Shown here: positions 19,328-27,811 of the stretch, in pieces
How the letters are laid out: every line of letters begins with the position of its first letter
Position numbering within the stretch: the first letter of the stretch is position 1
Made by a program: the position numbers and the translations under genes
Notes under the pieces: model-generated
Told to the model about the DNA's origin: nothing
The model's input: only the letters and a program-made list of their open reading frames with translations
Database searches by the model: none
Assembly: GCA_963705305.1 (NCBI GenBank)
Contig: OY970067.1
Coordinates: forward strand, 2,592,001-2,656,000
DNA: 64,000 nucleotides
Source of the DNA: an uncultured Methylomirabilota bacterium
Lineage (GTDB): Bacteria; Methylomirabilota; Methylomirabilia; Methylomirabilales; 2-02-FULL-66-22
Reading direction: 5' to 3'

Positions 19328-20578
19328 ATGGGAAGCGAGCAGAGCAGGGGAGGCGAGACCATCCTGGTAGTGGACGACGACCGGTTCATCCGCCAGCTGT
19401 GCCAGGACGTGCTGGAGCCGGCCGGCTATCGAACGGTGAGCCTCGAGGACGGCGAGGAACTGCTGGAGACCGTGGCCTCGGAACGGCCGTCGCTGATTCT
19501 CCTGGACATCATGCTGCCCGGGACGGATGGGCTGACACTTTGCCGGCGCCTCCGGAACAATCCCGATCCCTACCGCGGCCCCATCATCATCTTCTCGGCC
19601 AAGCACTACAAGGCGGACAAGCAGATGGCCCGGGAGGTGGGGGCCAGCGCCTTCCTGGAGAAGCCGTTCATCCCGGAGCGACTCCTCAACGTGGTCCGGG
19701 ACTTCCTGGCCCGCAAGATCAGCATCCGCTTCTGGGGAGTACGGGGCTCGATCCCCATCGCCTCCCGGGACGCCGTCGGGTACGGCGGAAACACGCCCTG
19801 TGTGGAAGTCCGCCTCTCTGGGGTCGAGGATATCTTCATCTGGGACGGAGGCACCGGTCTGCGCGAGTTGGGGCGAACCATGCGGCGCCCGGCCGGATCG
19901 GTCCGGGGATTTCTCTGCTTCTCCCACTACCACTGGGACCACATCCAGGGCTTGCCGTTCTTCGCGCCCGTCTACGCCCCGGGCAATGCGTTCACGCTGG
20001 TGGGACCCGCCCAGCCCACGGCCGACCTCCTCCAGATCCTGGGGGGGCAGATGGCCTCGGTCTATTTCCCCGTGAGCCTGGACCAGTTCGGCGCCAACCT
20101 CTCTTATAAGGAGATCGGGGAGGGGACGTTCACGCTGGGCGGAGTCCCCTTCGAGACCCTGTCATCGTTTCACCCTGGACGAGCCCTCATCTACGCCCTG
20201 TCCCACGCGGGCAAGCGCGTGGTCTACGCCACCGACAACGAGCTGCCGGCGGGGTGGAAGAGCGCCGGTGGCGCCGTGGCCCACGAGGTGGACCGCTTCG
20301 TCCGCTTCTTTGCGGACGCCGACCTTCTGATCCACGACGCCCAGTTCACGCCGGAGCAGCTCACGCGACGACGGGGCTGGGGGCACTCGGCCTGGACGGA
20401 CGTTCTGGACATTGCGGTGACGGCCGGTGTGAAGCAGCTGCTCCTATTTCATCACGATCCGGATCACTCCGACAGCGTTCTGGACGGGATTCGCAATGCC
20501 GTCCAGCAGCGGGTCGCGGCCAGCGGGCTCTCCATCGCGTGCGACCTGGCGCGGGAGGGCGATCTCCTCATCATCTGA
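19328..20578 (+). CDS. Response regulator receiver fused to an MBL-fold metallohydrolase
   Basis: REC domain then FWGVRGSIP, YGGNTPC, DGGTG, SHYHWDHIQG, GWGHS, LFHHDP. Confidence 0.9.
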   Translation: MGSEQSRGGETILVVDDDRFIRQLCQDVLEPAGYRTVSLEDGEELLETVASERPSLILLDIMLPGTDGLTLCRRLRNNPDPYRGPIIIFSAKHYKADKQMAREVGASAFLEKPFIPERLLNVVRDFLARKISIRFWGVRGSIPIASRDAVGYGGNTPCVEVRLSGVEDIFIWDGGTGLRELGRTMRRPAGSVRGFLCFSHYHWDHIQGLPFFAPVYAPGNAFTLVGPAQPTADLLQILGGQMASVYFPVSLDQFGANLSYKEIGEGTFTLGGVPFETLSSFHPGRALIYALSHAGKRVVYATDNELPAGWKSAGGAVAHEVDRFVRFFADADLLIHDAQFTPEQLTRRRGWGHSAWTDVLDIAVTAGVKQLLLFHHDPDHSDSVLDGIRNAVQQRVAASGLSIACDLAREGDLLII

Positions 20579-20708
20579 CCTCCCCCCTTTTTTGACTCGC
20601 CCAGATTCCCGGTGCACGGGCACACCCTCGCCGTACGGGCGGTGATGTGGTGGGGGTTGCACGCGGCGAGGTGGCGCGGTAGGCTCTACGGGAGAAGGGA
20701 GCGTCGCC

Positions 20709-21062
20709 ATGGCAAACGTGTGCACGCGAGCGGAGTCTGCCGCACCACCGGCAATACGCGGTCCGGTCATTTCGGTCGGTGCGTCCAGCGGACGGGTCGT
20801 TCCCGAGGAAGAGACCGCGACCCGCTCGGGAGGGGGCGAGGGCAGCAAGGTTTTCCTTTTCAACTGCGAGTGTCACACCTTCGACGAGGTGATCAGCCAG
20901 CTGCTGAAGGCCGTGCCTGGAATGACACGGCCGCTTGCCGAGGAGCTGGCGTGGCGCGTCCATACCCAGGGCCTGGCGGAGGTCTATCGGGGAGGCGCCG
21001 CCGATTGCGAGCGCGTGGCTGCCATCCTCGGAGAAACGGGTCTCATCGTGCAAGTTCTGTGA
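20709..21062 (+). CDS. clpS: ClpS-family adaptor (atypical pocket NCECH)
   Basis: KVFLFNCECHTFDEVI..L, AEELAWRVHTQGLAEV..G, CE. Confidence 0.75.
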   Translation: MANVCTRAESAAPPAIRGPVISVGASSGRVVPEEETATRSGGGEGSKVFLFNCECHTFDEVISQLLKAVPGMTRPLAEELAWRVHTQGLAEVYRGGAADCERVAAILGETGLIVQVL

Positions 21063-21105
21063 GCGTTGGTCCCCGCGAGGATCGACGACAGGAAAGGAGG
21101 GCGTC

Positions 21106-21504
21106 ATGGCGGCAACCATCCCTCAAGGATTCCGCGACTTACTGGAGAAAAAGGCGTTCGCACATCTGGCGACGATCATGCCCGACGGCAGCCCCCAGGT
21201 CACGCCGGTTTGGTTTGACTACTCCGGAGGATCCGTTCGCATCAACTCGGCCAAGGGGCGGGTCAAGGATCGAAACATGCGGCGCACCCGGCGGGTCGCC
21301 CTGGCAATCCAGGACCCCGAGAATCCCTACCGCTATCTCGGCATCCGCGGCAGGGTGGAGGAGATCACGGAGGAGGGGGCGGACGCCCATATCGATGCGC
21401 TGGCCCGAAAATATCTCGGGCAGGACCGGTATCCCTACCGGCAGGCAGGGGAGGTTCGCGTGATTTATCGCGTCCAGCCGGAGCGGGTCTGGACGATGGG
21501 ATGA
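21106..21504 (+). CDS. PPOX-class (pyridoxamine 5'-phosphate oxidase-like) putative F420-dependent oxidoreductase
   Basis: AHLATIMPDGSPQVTPVW, K.RNM.R..RVAL, NPYRY.GIRG; AAGGAGG RBS. Confidence 0.9.
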   Translation: MAATIPQGFRDLLEKKAFAHLATIMPDGSPQVTPVWFDYSGGSVRINSAKGRVKDRNMRRTRRVALAIQDPENPYRYLGIRGRVEEITEEGADAHIDALARKYLGQDRYPYRQAGEVRVIYRVQPERVWTMG

Positions 21505-21610
21505 GACGGATCGGTCGCGGAGCGCCGAGGGGCGAAATTGACGGGTGGCTCGTTCGGTGCTATCTTTTCCCGAAGCGTGGCTGAACTCCGGGAGGTTCCT
21601 CGAGGCACGG

Positions 21611-22507
21611 ATGCCTTTGCGGCTCTTCGGCGGCGGGAGTAGCGGACGAACGCGGACATGCCCGGCGTGCGAGCAAACGGTCGCCGCCGAAGCAACGTTC
21701 TGTCCCGCCTGCTACATGGTTTTTCGACCCGAGGGCGCGGCGGATCTCCGAGAGCACCTCCGCGGCGGTCGAGTTCCGGGGGACGTGTACCTGCTGCGCA
21801 GGATGCAGGTGGAGGACCCCAACACGGGGCCGGTCGTGCGCGGGTCCGAGGCCGAGAAGCCCGCGCGGGACGCCGCAGCCGAGACCTCGCCGCCGATTGC
21901 CCCGAAGGCCGCGCCGCCGGCCGACGCCTCGCCCCCCGATGACGCCCAGCCCGCGCGACCGACGATGGCCGCCGAGCCGCCCCCTCCATCGCAAGAGGCT
22001 CCGCGCAAGCCCTCCCAGCCAACGGTCCGAATGGGCGTCGAGGCTTTCCTGGTTTTCGAGTCCCCCTTGCCACCTCCCGCCCAGTCACCCCAGGAGATCC
22101 CGGCGCTGCTGGCCTGGATGCTGGAGCAGGACCCCATCATTCCCAACAACATGCCCCGCCTGGAGGCCATCCACGCCCGGGTGTTCCGTGAACAGGCAGC
22201 GGCGCGCCTCGGATATGAGCAACACCTCCTTCTGCAGATCGCCGACGACCTCTGGCTGAACGGGAGCCGCGAATCGCTGGACAGCCACCTCATCCGTCTG
22301 GTCGCCGCGTACCGCCGCGCCGCGGAGGCCTACCACCGGGGAGAGAATGGCCCGACCGAGGAGGCCAGCCTGGCGCTCTGGCAGATGGCCAGTCTGGCCA
22401 GCCGCCTGCGCATCGAGGGGTGGGTGTTCCTGAGCCGCCACCGCATTTCCCCGCGCGCGGCCGGAGCGGACCGCCGGGTTGGGAGTTCGACCAACCCCAA
22501 AGGCTAG
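21611..22507 (+). CDS. Hypothetical protein with N-terminal zinc ribbon and Pro/Ala-rich linker
   Basis: CPACEQ...FCPACY; low-complexity linker; helical C-domain. Confidence 0.65.
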   Translation: MPLRLFGGGSSGRTRTCPACEQTVAAEATFCPACYMVFRPEGAADLREHLRGGRVPGDVYLLRRMQVEDPNTGPVVRGSEAEKPARDAAAETSPPIAPKAAPPADASPPDDAQPARPTMAAEPPPPSQEAPRKPSQPTVRMGVEAFLVFESPLPPPAQSPQEIPALLAWMLEQDPIIPNNMPRLEAIHARVFREQAAARLGYEQHLLLQIADDLWLNGSRESLDSHLIRLVAAYRRAAEAYHRGENGPTEEASLALWQMASLASRLRIEGWVFLSRHRISPRAAGADRRVGSSTNPKG

Positions 22508-22514
22508 CAGGCTG

Positions 22515-23696
22515 CTAGGCGGCCGGCTCCTCGTGGGTCCAGGGCGGCAGCAGCTTCACCAGGACCCACAGGATGACAAAGGGCAGGATCAGCAGGATGA
22601 TGGCCGGCAACAGCCCTTCCCGGGTGGCGAAGCCCAGCTTGTAGGTCGTGTACCCCAGGAAGCTCTTGGAGAAGAGCTGCCCTCCGATGACCACGTTCCA
22701 CCGCATCGCGAAGATGCCGACGAGCGTAAGCAGGCCCGAGACCGCGTAGGCGGCCTTGCGCGAGTTTTCGCGCAGCCGCACCAACTGCACCAGACCCAGA
22801 ATGGCGATGGGCAAGAGGGTCCCCAGGAGGATCTGGATGACGATGTGAGGGATGTACAGCTTGGTGTGGACCATGAAGTCGAGACTGCGGAAGGATTCAT
22901 CGGCCTCGTAGATCCGGTGGACCAGATCGAGCATCTCCAGGGAGAAATCGATGATGAAGGCATAGAGCAGGTAGCGCGCGATGGTATCCAGGCACCGCAT
23001 ATCGAGGGGGGTGCGGCGCAGGCGGCTGGCGATCATGTAGAGCACCATGACCAGCGCGATGCCCGAGACCATGGCGGAAAAGAGAAAGACCACCGGCATG
23101 AGGGGGGATGACCACCAGGGGTTGGCCTTGACCGAGCCGAAGATGAACCCGACGTAGCCGTGCAGCAGGAATGCCGAGGGTATCCCCACGATGGTGATGA
23201 AGCGCCCCACCTTGTCATCGATCTCGAGCGAGCGGGGGCTGATGTTGTCCGACCAGAGCGCCATGGCCCGGTAGAGCTGGCGGGCAAGGCCGCTCCTCTG
23301 CCGGGCCATGAGGACGATGTCCCTGCGGAAATCCAGCCAGATCTCTAAGAGCAGCACCGCCATCAGGTACCAGAGATACACGAAGCCGAACATGGCCATG
23401 GCGGAGGTGGTGTGCGGGGTCAGGAACATCTCGAAGGAGCGCTCGGGATGGCCCAGGTGGAGCTGGAGGGGAAGGGGGGCCACGAGCAGAAAGGCCATCG
23501 CCGTCAGCAGCGCCAGGCGATAGGTGGGCCGCACCTCTTCCACGTTGAACACGCGCTCCAGGGAGGCCAGGATGAAGGCGCCGGCCACCAGGCCGGTGAT
23601 GTAGGGGTAGAGCACGATGAGAATGCTCCATTGCAGCTCGATCTCGTTCGGATACATGAACCCTTGGACGCCGTGCAGCAACGTCTCCATCGCCAC
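22515..23696 (-). CDS. NrfD/PsrC-family membrane subunit (CbcU-like)
   Basis: WSILIVLYPYITGLVAG, LHLGHPER, multiple TM helices, MRWNVVIGGQ. Confidence 0.88.
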   Translation of the reverse strand: MAMETLLHGVQGFMYPNEIELQWSILIVLYPYITGLVAGAFILASLERVFNVEEVRPTYRLALLTAMAFLLVAPLPLQLHLGHPERSFEMFLTPHTTSAMAMFGFVYLWYLMAVLLLEIWLDFRRDIVLMARQRSGLARQLYRAMALWSDNISPRSLEIDDKVGRFITIVGIPSAFLLHGYVGFIFGSVKANPWWSSPLMPVVFLFSAMVSGIALVMVLYMIASRLRRTPLDMRCLDTIARYLLYAFIIDFSLEMLDLVHRIYEADESFRSLDFMVHTKLYIPHIVIQILLGTLLPIAILGLVQLVRLRENSRKAAYAVSGLLTLVGIFAMRWNVVIGGQLFSKSFLGYTTYKLGFATREGLLPAIILLILPFVILWVLVKLLPPWTHEEPAA

Positions 23697-23699
23697 CCC

Positions 23700-24464
23700 C
23701 TATCGCACCGAGCCGTCCAGCCCGTTGTAATACGCCTTTGCCCCGGTTGCCAGCTGCGGCTTCAGCACATGAATCGTGTGGGTCCGGATGAAGTCGTGGA
23801 TGGGATCGTTGGGATTCTTCAGATCTCCCAGCCGGCGCGCGCCCGTGGGGCAGGTCTCGCAGCAGGCGGTGGTGAGCCCCTTCGTGATCCGATGGTAGCA
23901 GAGCGTGCACTTGTCCGCCGTCATCGTCCTCGGATCGACGAACCGGCAGCCGTAGGGGCAGGCCTGCACGCAGTACCGGCAGCCCAGGCAGTAAGTCTTG
24001 TCTATCAGGACGACCCCGTCGGGACTCTCGAAGGTGGCCCCCACGGGACAGACCTGCACGCAGGGGGAGTGGGCGCAGTGGTTGCAGAGCTTGGGCACGA
24101 AGAAGTTCTTGGAGCCGTCCCCCGCGCGGTACCGCGCGGGGGACCCGTCATAGCCGCCGTTGGGCGAGTCCACCTCGGGGTGCTCGATGTCCCCCTCGGG
24201 AACATGGTAGCGCTCCACCCAGGTGCGGAAATAGTATGGCTCCAGGAGGACGTTATTCTCGGCCTTGCAGGCACGAACGCAGTTTCCACAGCCGATGCAC
24301 TTCTCGATGTCAATGGCCATCCCCCACCAGTGGTCGCGGAGCCGATAGGTGCTGGCCGCCTCGGGCGTCCCGGCCCACACGGCATCCCAGGCCGTTGCGG
24401 CGGCGGAGGTCAGCATAAGGAACTTACCCGTACGCTTGAGGAACTCCCGGCGATCGGTTTGCAT
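23700..24464 (-). CDS. Tat-exported 4x[4Fe-4S] ferredoxin subunit (NrfC/DmsB-like, CbcT-like)
   Basis: DRREFLK Tat motif; CIGCGNCVRAC, CNHCAHSPCVQVCP, CLGCRYCVQACP, CTLC...CCETCP. Confidence 0.92.
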   Translation of the reverse strand: MQTDRREFLKRTGKFLMLTSAAATAWDAVWAGTPEAASTYRLRDHWWGMAIDIEKCIGCGNCVRACKAENNVLLEPYYFRTWVERYHVPEGDIEHPEVDSPNGGYDGSPARYRAGDGSKNFFVPKLCNHCAHSPCVQVCPVGATFESPDGVVLIDKTYCLGCRYCVQACPYGCRFVDPRTMTADKCTLCYHRITKGLTTACCETCPTGARRLGDLKNPNDPIHDFIRTHTIHVLKPQLATGAKAYYNGLDGSVR

Positions 24465-24474
24465 ACCAGGCCTC

Positions 24475-24936
24475 CTAGGCGATCTCGGGATGGTGAGGCT
24501 TGTGACACGAGATGCAGGGCGCGGAGCCGCCGTGCTCCTGCGGATTCACCTGCGGGAACGTCTTGGGCTTGGTCACATCCTGGCGGTGGCAGACGAGACA
24601 GATCGTCCGGGCGTCGGGGAGCGTTGGCGTGAGGCTGCCGGGGTCCTCCGCGTGCTTGGCCAGGGGCCCGTGGCAGGCCTCACACCCGATGATCTCGTGG
24701 TGGCTGCCCTTGCGCTCGTCCACCACGTCGGGATGGCAGGATGCGCAGGCCTGCCGTCCGGCGAACGCCATTGGCCGGGAGGCGTTGTCTGCCAGCGCCC
24801 CGGACCGGAAGTGGCCGTATTCGTAGAAACCCTTCGGGACCAGCAGGGCCCGCACGATCATGAAAAGCACCAGTCCCGCCAGAAAGAGCGCCGCCATCCG
24901 GACGAGGTGCTCCATATCCTTCGGGAATTTCCCCAT
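24475..24936 (-). CDS. Membrane-anchored tetraheme c-type cytochrome (CbcS-like)
   Basis: N-terminal TM; CASCH, CEACH, CLVCH, CISCH. Confidence 0.88.
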   Translation of the reverse strand: MGKFPKDMEHLVRMAALFLAGLVLFMIVRALLVPKGFYEYGHFRSGALADNASRPMAFAGRQACASCHPDVVDERKGSHHEIIGCEACHGPLAKHAEDPGSLTPTLPDARTICLVCHRQDVTKPKTFPQVNPQEHGGSAPCISCHKPHHPEIA

Positions 24937-25522
24937 CCGTGTCCTCCCTCCCACACTGCGGGCCGTTTGCGTCCCACAGGATTCCACTCTTCCGGATTTC
25001 CGCTGAGGCGCGAACCTTTCGGCGGCCCATCGAGGGTAGCGCTTCCCACCCTGATCCGTGTGGTGGCAAAGATGACCGCCGACCGGGAGCCGTGTCGACA
25101 GTGCGGCCTGCGGCGGCGGGCGGAAGCTGCGTCGCAGGGGCCGCCATGCGGGCGTGGCCCGCTTTCCATTCTCTGGCAGCTCGAGCGTTGGGTAAGGCTG
25201 AGGAGGAGTCTTCAAGAAACCGCACACGATAGTCCGCGGGCGCTAGAACGCCAGGAACCCGCGAACCCCCAGCAGACGCCGCCCCTCCTCGGCGAGCCAA
25301 AGATCCCCCACGACCCGGAGCCCTGTCAAGAGGAAATCGGCTATGCTCGGTCGATGAAACAAGCCACCGACCGATCGCCGGTCCGTGGCTCGTTTGCGCG
25401 GAGGGCGGGGTGCAACCCGCCCTTGCGCCGACTGGGGATGTTGGATATGATGCTGCGGCCCAGTGTCCGAACAACGGTGACGTGAACGCCCGGGAGGGCA
25501 CCTCTGGGGAGGGCGGGTTCGA

Positions 25523-27595
25523 ATGCCGATTACCCTGCGCCGGCTGTTTCGGAACTACATCAGCCTGATCGGCGGCGTCCTCGCGGCCCTGAGCTTCGCC
25601 ACCAACGTCTTCCTCCTGTTCGTGGATTTCCTCTCGTCGACCCACAATCCCTACCTCGGCATCGTCACATATATGATCCTTCCCGGCGTCACGTTGGCCG
25701 GCCTGGGGCTGGCCATGGGGGGAGCTGTCCTCCAGTTCTATCGACTGCGGCATGGGGTCCAGGTGGTTGAGCTTCCCCGGCTGGACCTGAACAACCGGCG
25801 GCACCGCCTGGCCCTGTTCGGCTCTTTCCTCACGATCATTCTCTTTCTCGGGTTGTCCGCCGTGGGGGGCTACGAGAGCTACAACTACACCGACTCGGTG
25901 GCCTTCTGCGGGCAGACCTGTCACACCGTGATGCAGCCCCAGTACGTGGCCTACCTGCACTCGCCCCACGCGCGTGTCGCGTGCGTGAGCTGTCATATCG
26001 GGCCGGGGGCGGAATGGTTCGTTCGCTCCAAGATTTCCGGCGCGTACCAGGTCTACTCGGTCCTCTTCCACAAGTATTCCCGACCGATCCCGACGCCGAT
26101 CAGCAACCTGCGTCCCGCCCAGGAGACCTGCGAGCAGTGCCACTGGCCGGCCAAGTTCTGGGGGGAGCAGCTCTCCGTCCAGGTGTACTACGGCGCGGAT
26201 GAGAAGAACACGCGACGGGAGGTGGACCTGCTGGTCAAGACTGGGGGCGGGGGCGTGCGGGGCCTGAGCGAGGGGATCCACTGGCACATGAACATCGCCA
26301 ACAAGATCTGGTACATCGCCGCCGACGAGAAGCGCCAGGTCATCCCCTGGGTGCGCATCCAGGACATGCACGGTCGCGTGACCGAATACGAATCGACGGA
26401 CCATCCGCTCACGCCCGAGCAGCGCACGCAGGGGGAGATGCGCCGGATGGACTGCATCGACTGCCATAACCAGCCGAGTCACCGGTTCCTGCCCCCCACC
26501 CGTGCTGTGAACCTCGCCATGGAGAGCGGGCAGATCTCCCCCGACCTCCCCTCCATCAAGAAAGTGGCGGTCGAGGCGCTGGTGCAGCCCTACGCCACCA
26601 CCGCGGAGGCCGAGAAGGGGATCGACCAGCACATCCGGAGCTTCTACGAGAAGAACTACCCGGGCATCGCCAAGGCATCCGATCAGCGGCTGCGCTCGGC
26701 GGTCGAGGGGGTGCAGCAGATCTACCGGCTGAATTTCTTTCCCTACATGCGCGTGAGCTGGCAGGCCTATCCGGACAACATCGGGCACCGGGAGTGGCCG
26801 GGGTGCTTCCGCTGCCACGATGGAAAGCACGTGAGCAAGGACGGGAAGGTGATCAGCCGAAATTGCAACGCCTGCCACGACTTCCTGGAAAGGCGGCCGA
26901 CCGGCTTTGTCCGGGTGGCGGCCACGCCGGGCTTCGCCCACCCCTGGAAGCTCGCCGGCAAGCACGCCGAGATTCTCTGCGACCGATGCCACACGGGGGG
27001 ACCGGCCAAACCGGCAACCTGCGCCGGGTGCCATAACATTCCCACGTCGGGCGCGCCGATGACCTCTCTGGGATGTCAGAGCTGCCACCAGAAGGAGCAG
27101 CAGCTTCAGCCGATCGCGGCCTGCACGACCTGCCATTCGGGTCTGGGCGGCCTGCACACGGCCGGCATGCACCCCTCGGTGGGATGCACCGCCTGCCACA
27201 AACCCCACACCTGGCTGCCCGTGAGCCGAGAGACCTGTCTGACGTGCCACGGAGACAAGACCCAGCACTATCCCGGCCAGCCCTGCGCCGCGTGCCATTC
27301 TTTCCGCCCCCCCGCGAAGGGGGCCAAGACGGCTGCACCTACCGGTCCGCCTGCCGTCACCTTGCCGGCCGAGCCGGGATCGCCCGGACCCGTGACATTC
27401 GTCCACACGGTGCACTTGGCCAAGGGGTTGAGCTGCAGCGCCTGCCATCCCGCGCTCTTCAAGATGCAGCAGGGGGGGCTCAAGCTGACCATGGATGGGA
27501 TGGCGGCGGGGAAGTACTGCGGCGCCTGCCACAACGGCAAGCGGGCCTTCAGCGTGATGGACGGGGACAAGTGCTTCACCTGCCATAAATCCTGA
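25523..27595 (+). CDS. NapC/NirT-type (ImcH-like) inner-membrane multiheme cytochrome, 16 heme motifs, C-terminal c7-type triheme domain
   Basis: Three N-terminal TM helices; 15 CXXCH plus one CGQTCH; GIHWH, MDCIDCHN, NIGH..GCFRCHDG; C-terminal VTFVHTVH..CSACH..CGACHNGK.AF..CFTCH. Confidence 0.88.
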   Translation: MPITLRRLFRNYISLIGGVLAALSFATNVFLLFVDFLSSTHNPYLGIVTYMILPGVTLAGLGLAMGGAVLQFYRLRHGVQVVELPRLDLNNRRHRLALFGSFLTIILFLGLSAVGGYESYNYTDSVAFCGQTCHTVMQPQYVAYLHSPHARVACVSCHIGPGAEWFVRSKISGAYQVYSVLFHKYSRPIPTPISNLRPAQETCEQCHWPAKFWGEQLSVQVYYGADEKNTRREVDLLVKTGGGGVRGLSEGIHWHMNIANKIWYIAADEKRQVIPWVRIQDMHGRVTEYESTDHPLTPEQRTQGEMRRMDCIDCHNQPSHRFLPPTRAVNLAMESGQISPDLPSIKKVAVEALVQPYATTAEAEKGIDQHIRSFYEKNYPGIAKASDQRLRSAVEGVQQIYRLNFFPYMRVSWQAYPDNIGHREWPGCFRCHDGKHVSKDGKVISRNCNACHDFLERRPTGFVRVAATPGFAHPWKLAGKHAEILCDRCHTGGPAKPATCAGCHNIPTSGAPMTSLGCQSCHQKEQQLQPIAACTTCHSGLGGLHTAGMHPSVGCTACHKPHTWLPVSRETCLTCHGDKTQHYPGQPCAACHSFRPPAKGAKTAAPTGPPAVTLPAEPGSPGPVTFVHTVHLAKGLSCSACHPALFKMQQGGLKLTMDGMAAGKYCGACHNGKRAFSVMDGDKCFTCHKS

Positions 27596-27689
27596 TCGCC
27601 CATCCCGATCGTGCCCATCGCGGCCGCGTCGAGGGCTTCAGCGCCCGGCGGGTTCCAGGGTGTGCAGCCGCGCCCGACCTCGAGATTCT

Positions 27690-27725
27690 CTCCAGCCCCT
27701 GGGAGGAACCTCCCAGGGGCTGGAG
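27690..27725. repeat. Perfect 17-bp inverted repeat (hairpin) downstream of the cytochrome gene
   Basis: CTCCAGCCCCTGGGAGG-AA-CCTCCCAGGGGCTGGAG; no U-tract. Confidence 0.8.
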
Positions 27726-27811
27726 GTCAACGGCGCCCTGAGAGACGAGGCCGCTCTCTCGTCCCGCGGATCCCTCGGCGGCGGTTCGCCCGGTAGGAGG
27801 ATGCGATCCGC

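Noticed and set aside
24680..27586. 968-aa minus-strand ORF and similar long alternate-frame ORFs (e.g. 27859-30819, 42345-44678, 57259-59256)
   Set aside because: They overlap well-supported genes and are Arg/Gly/Pro-rich frame artefacts
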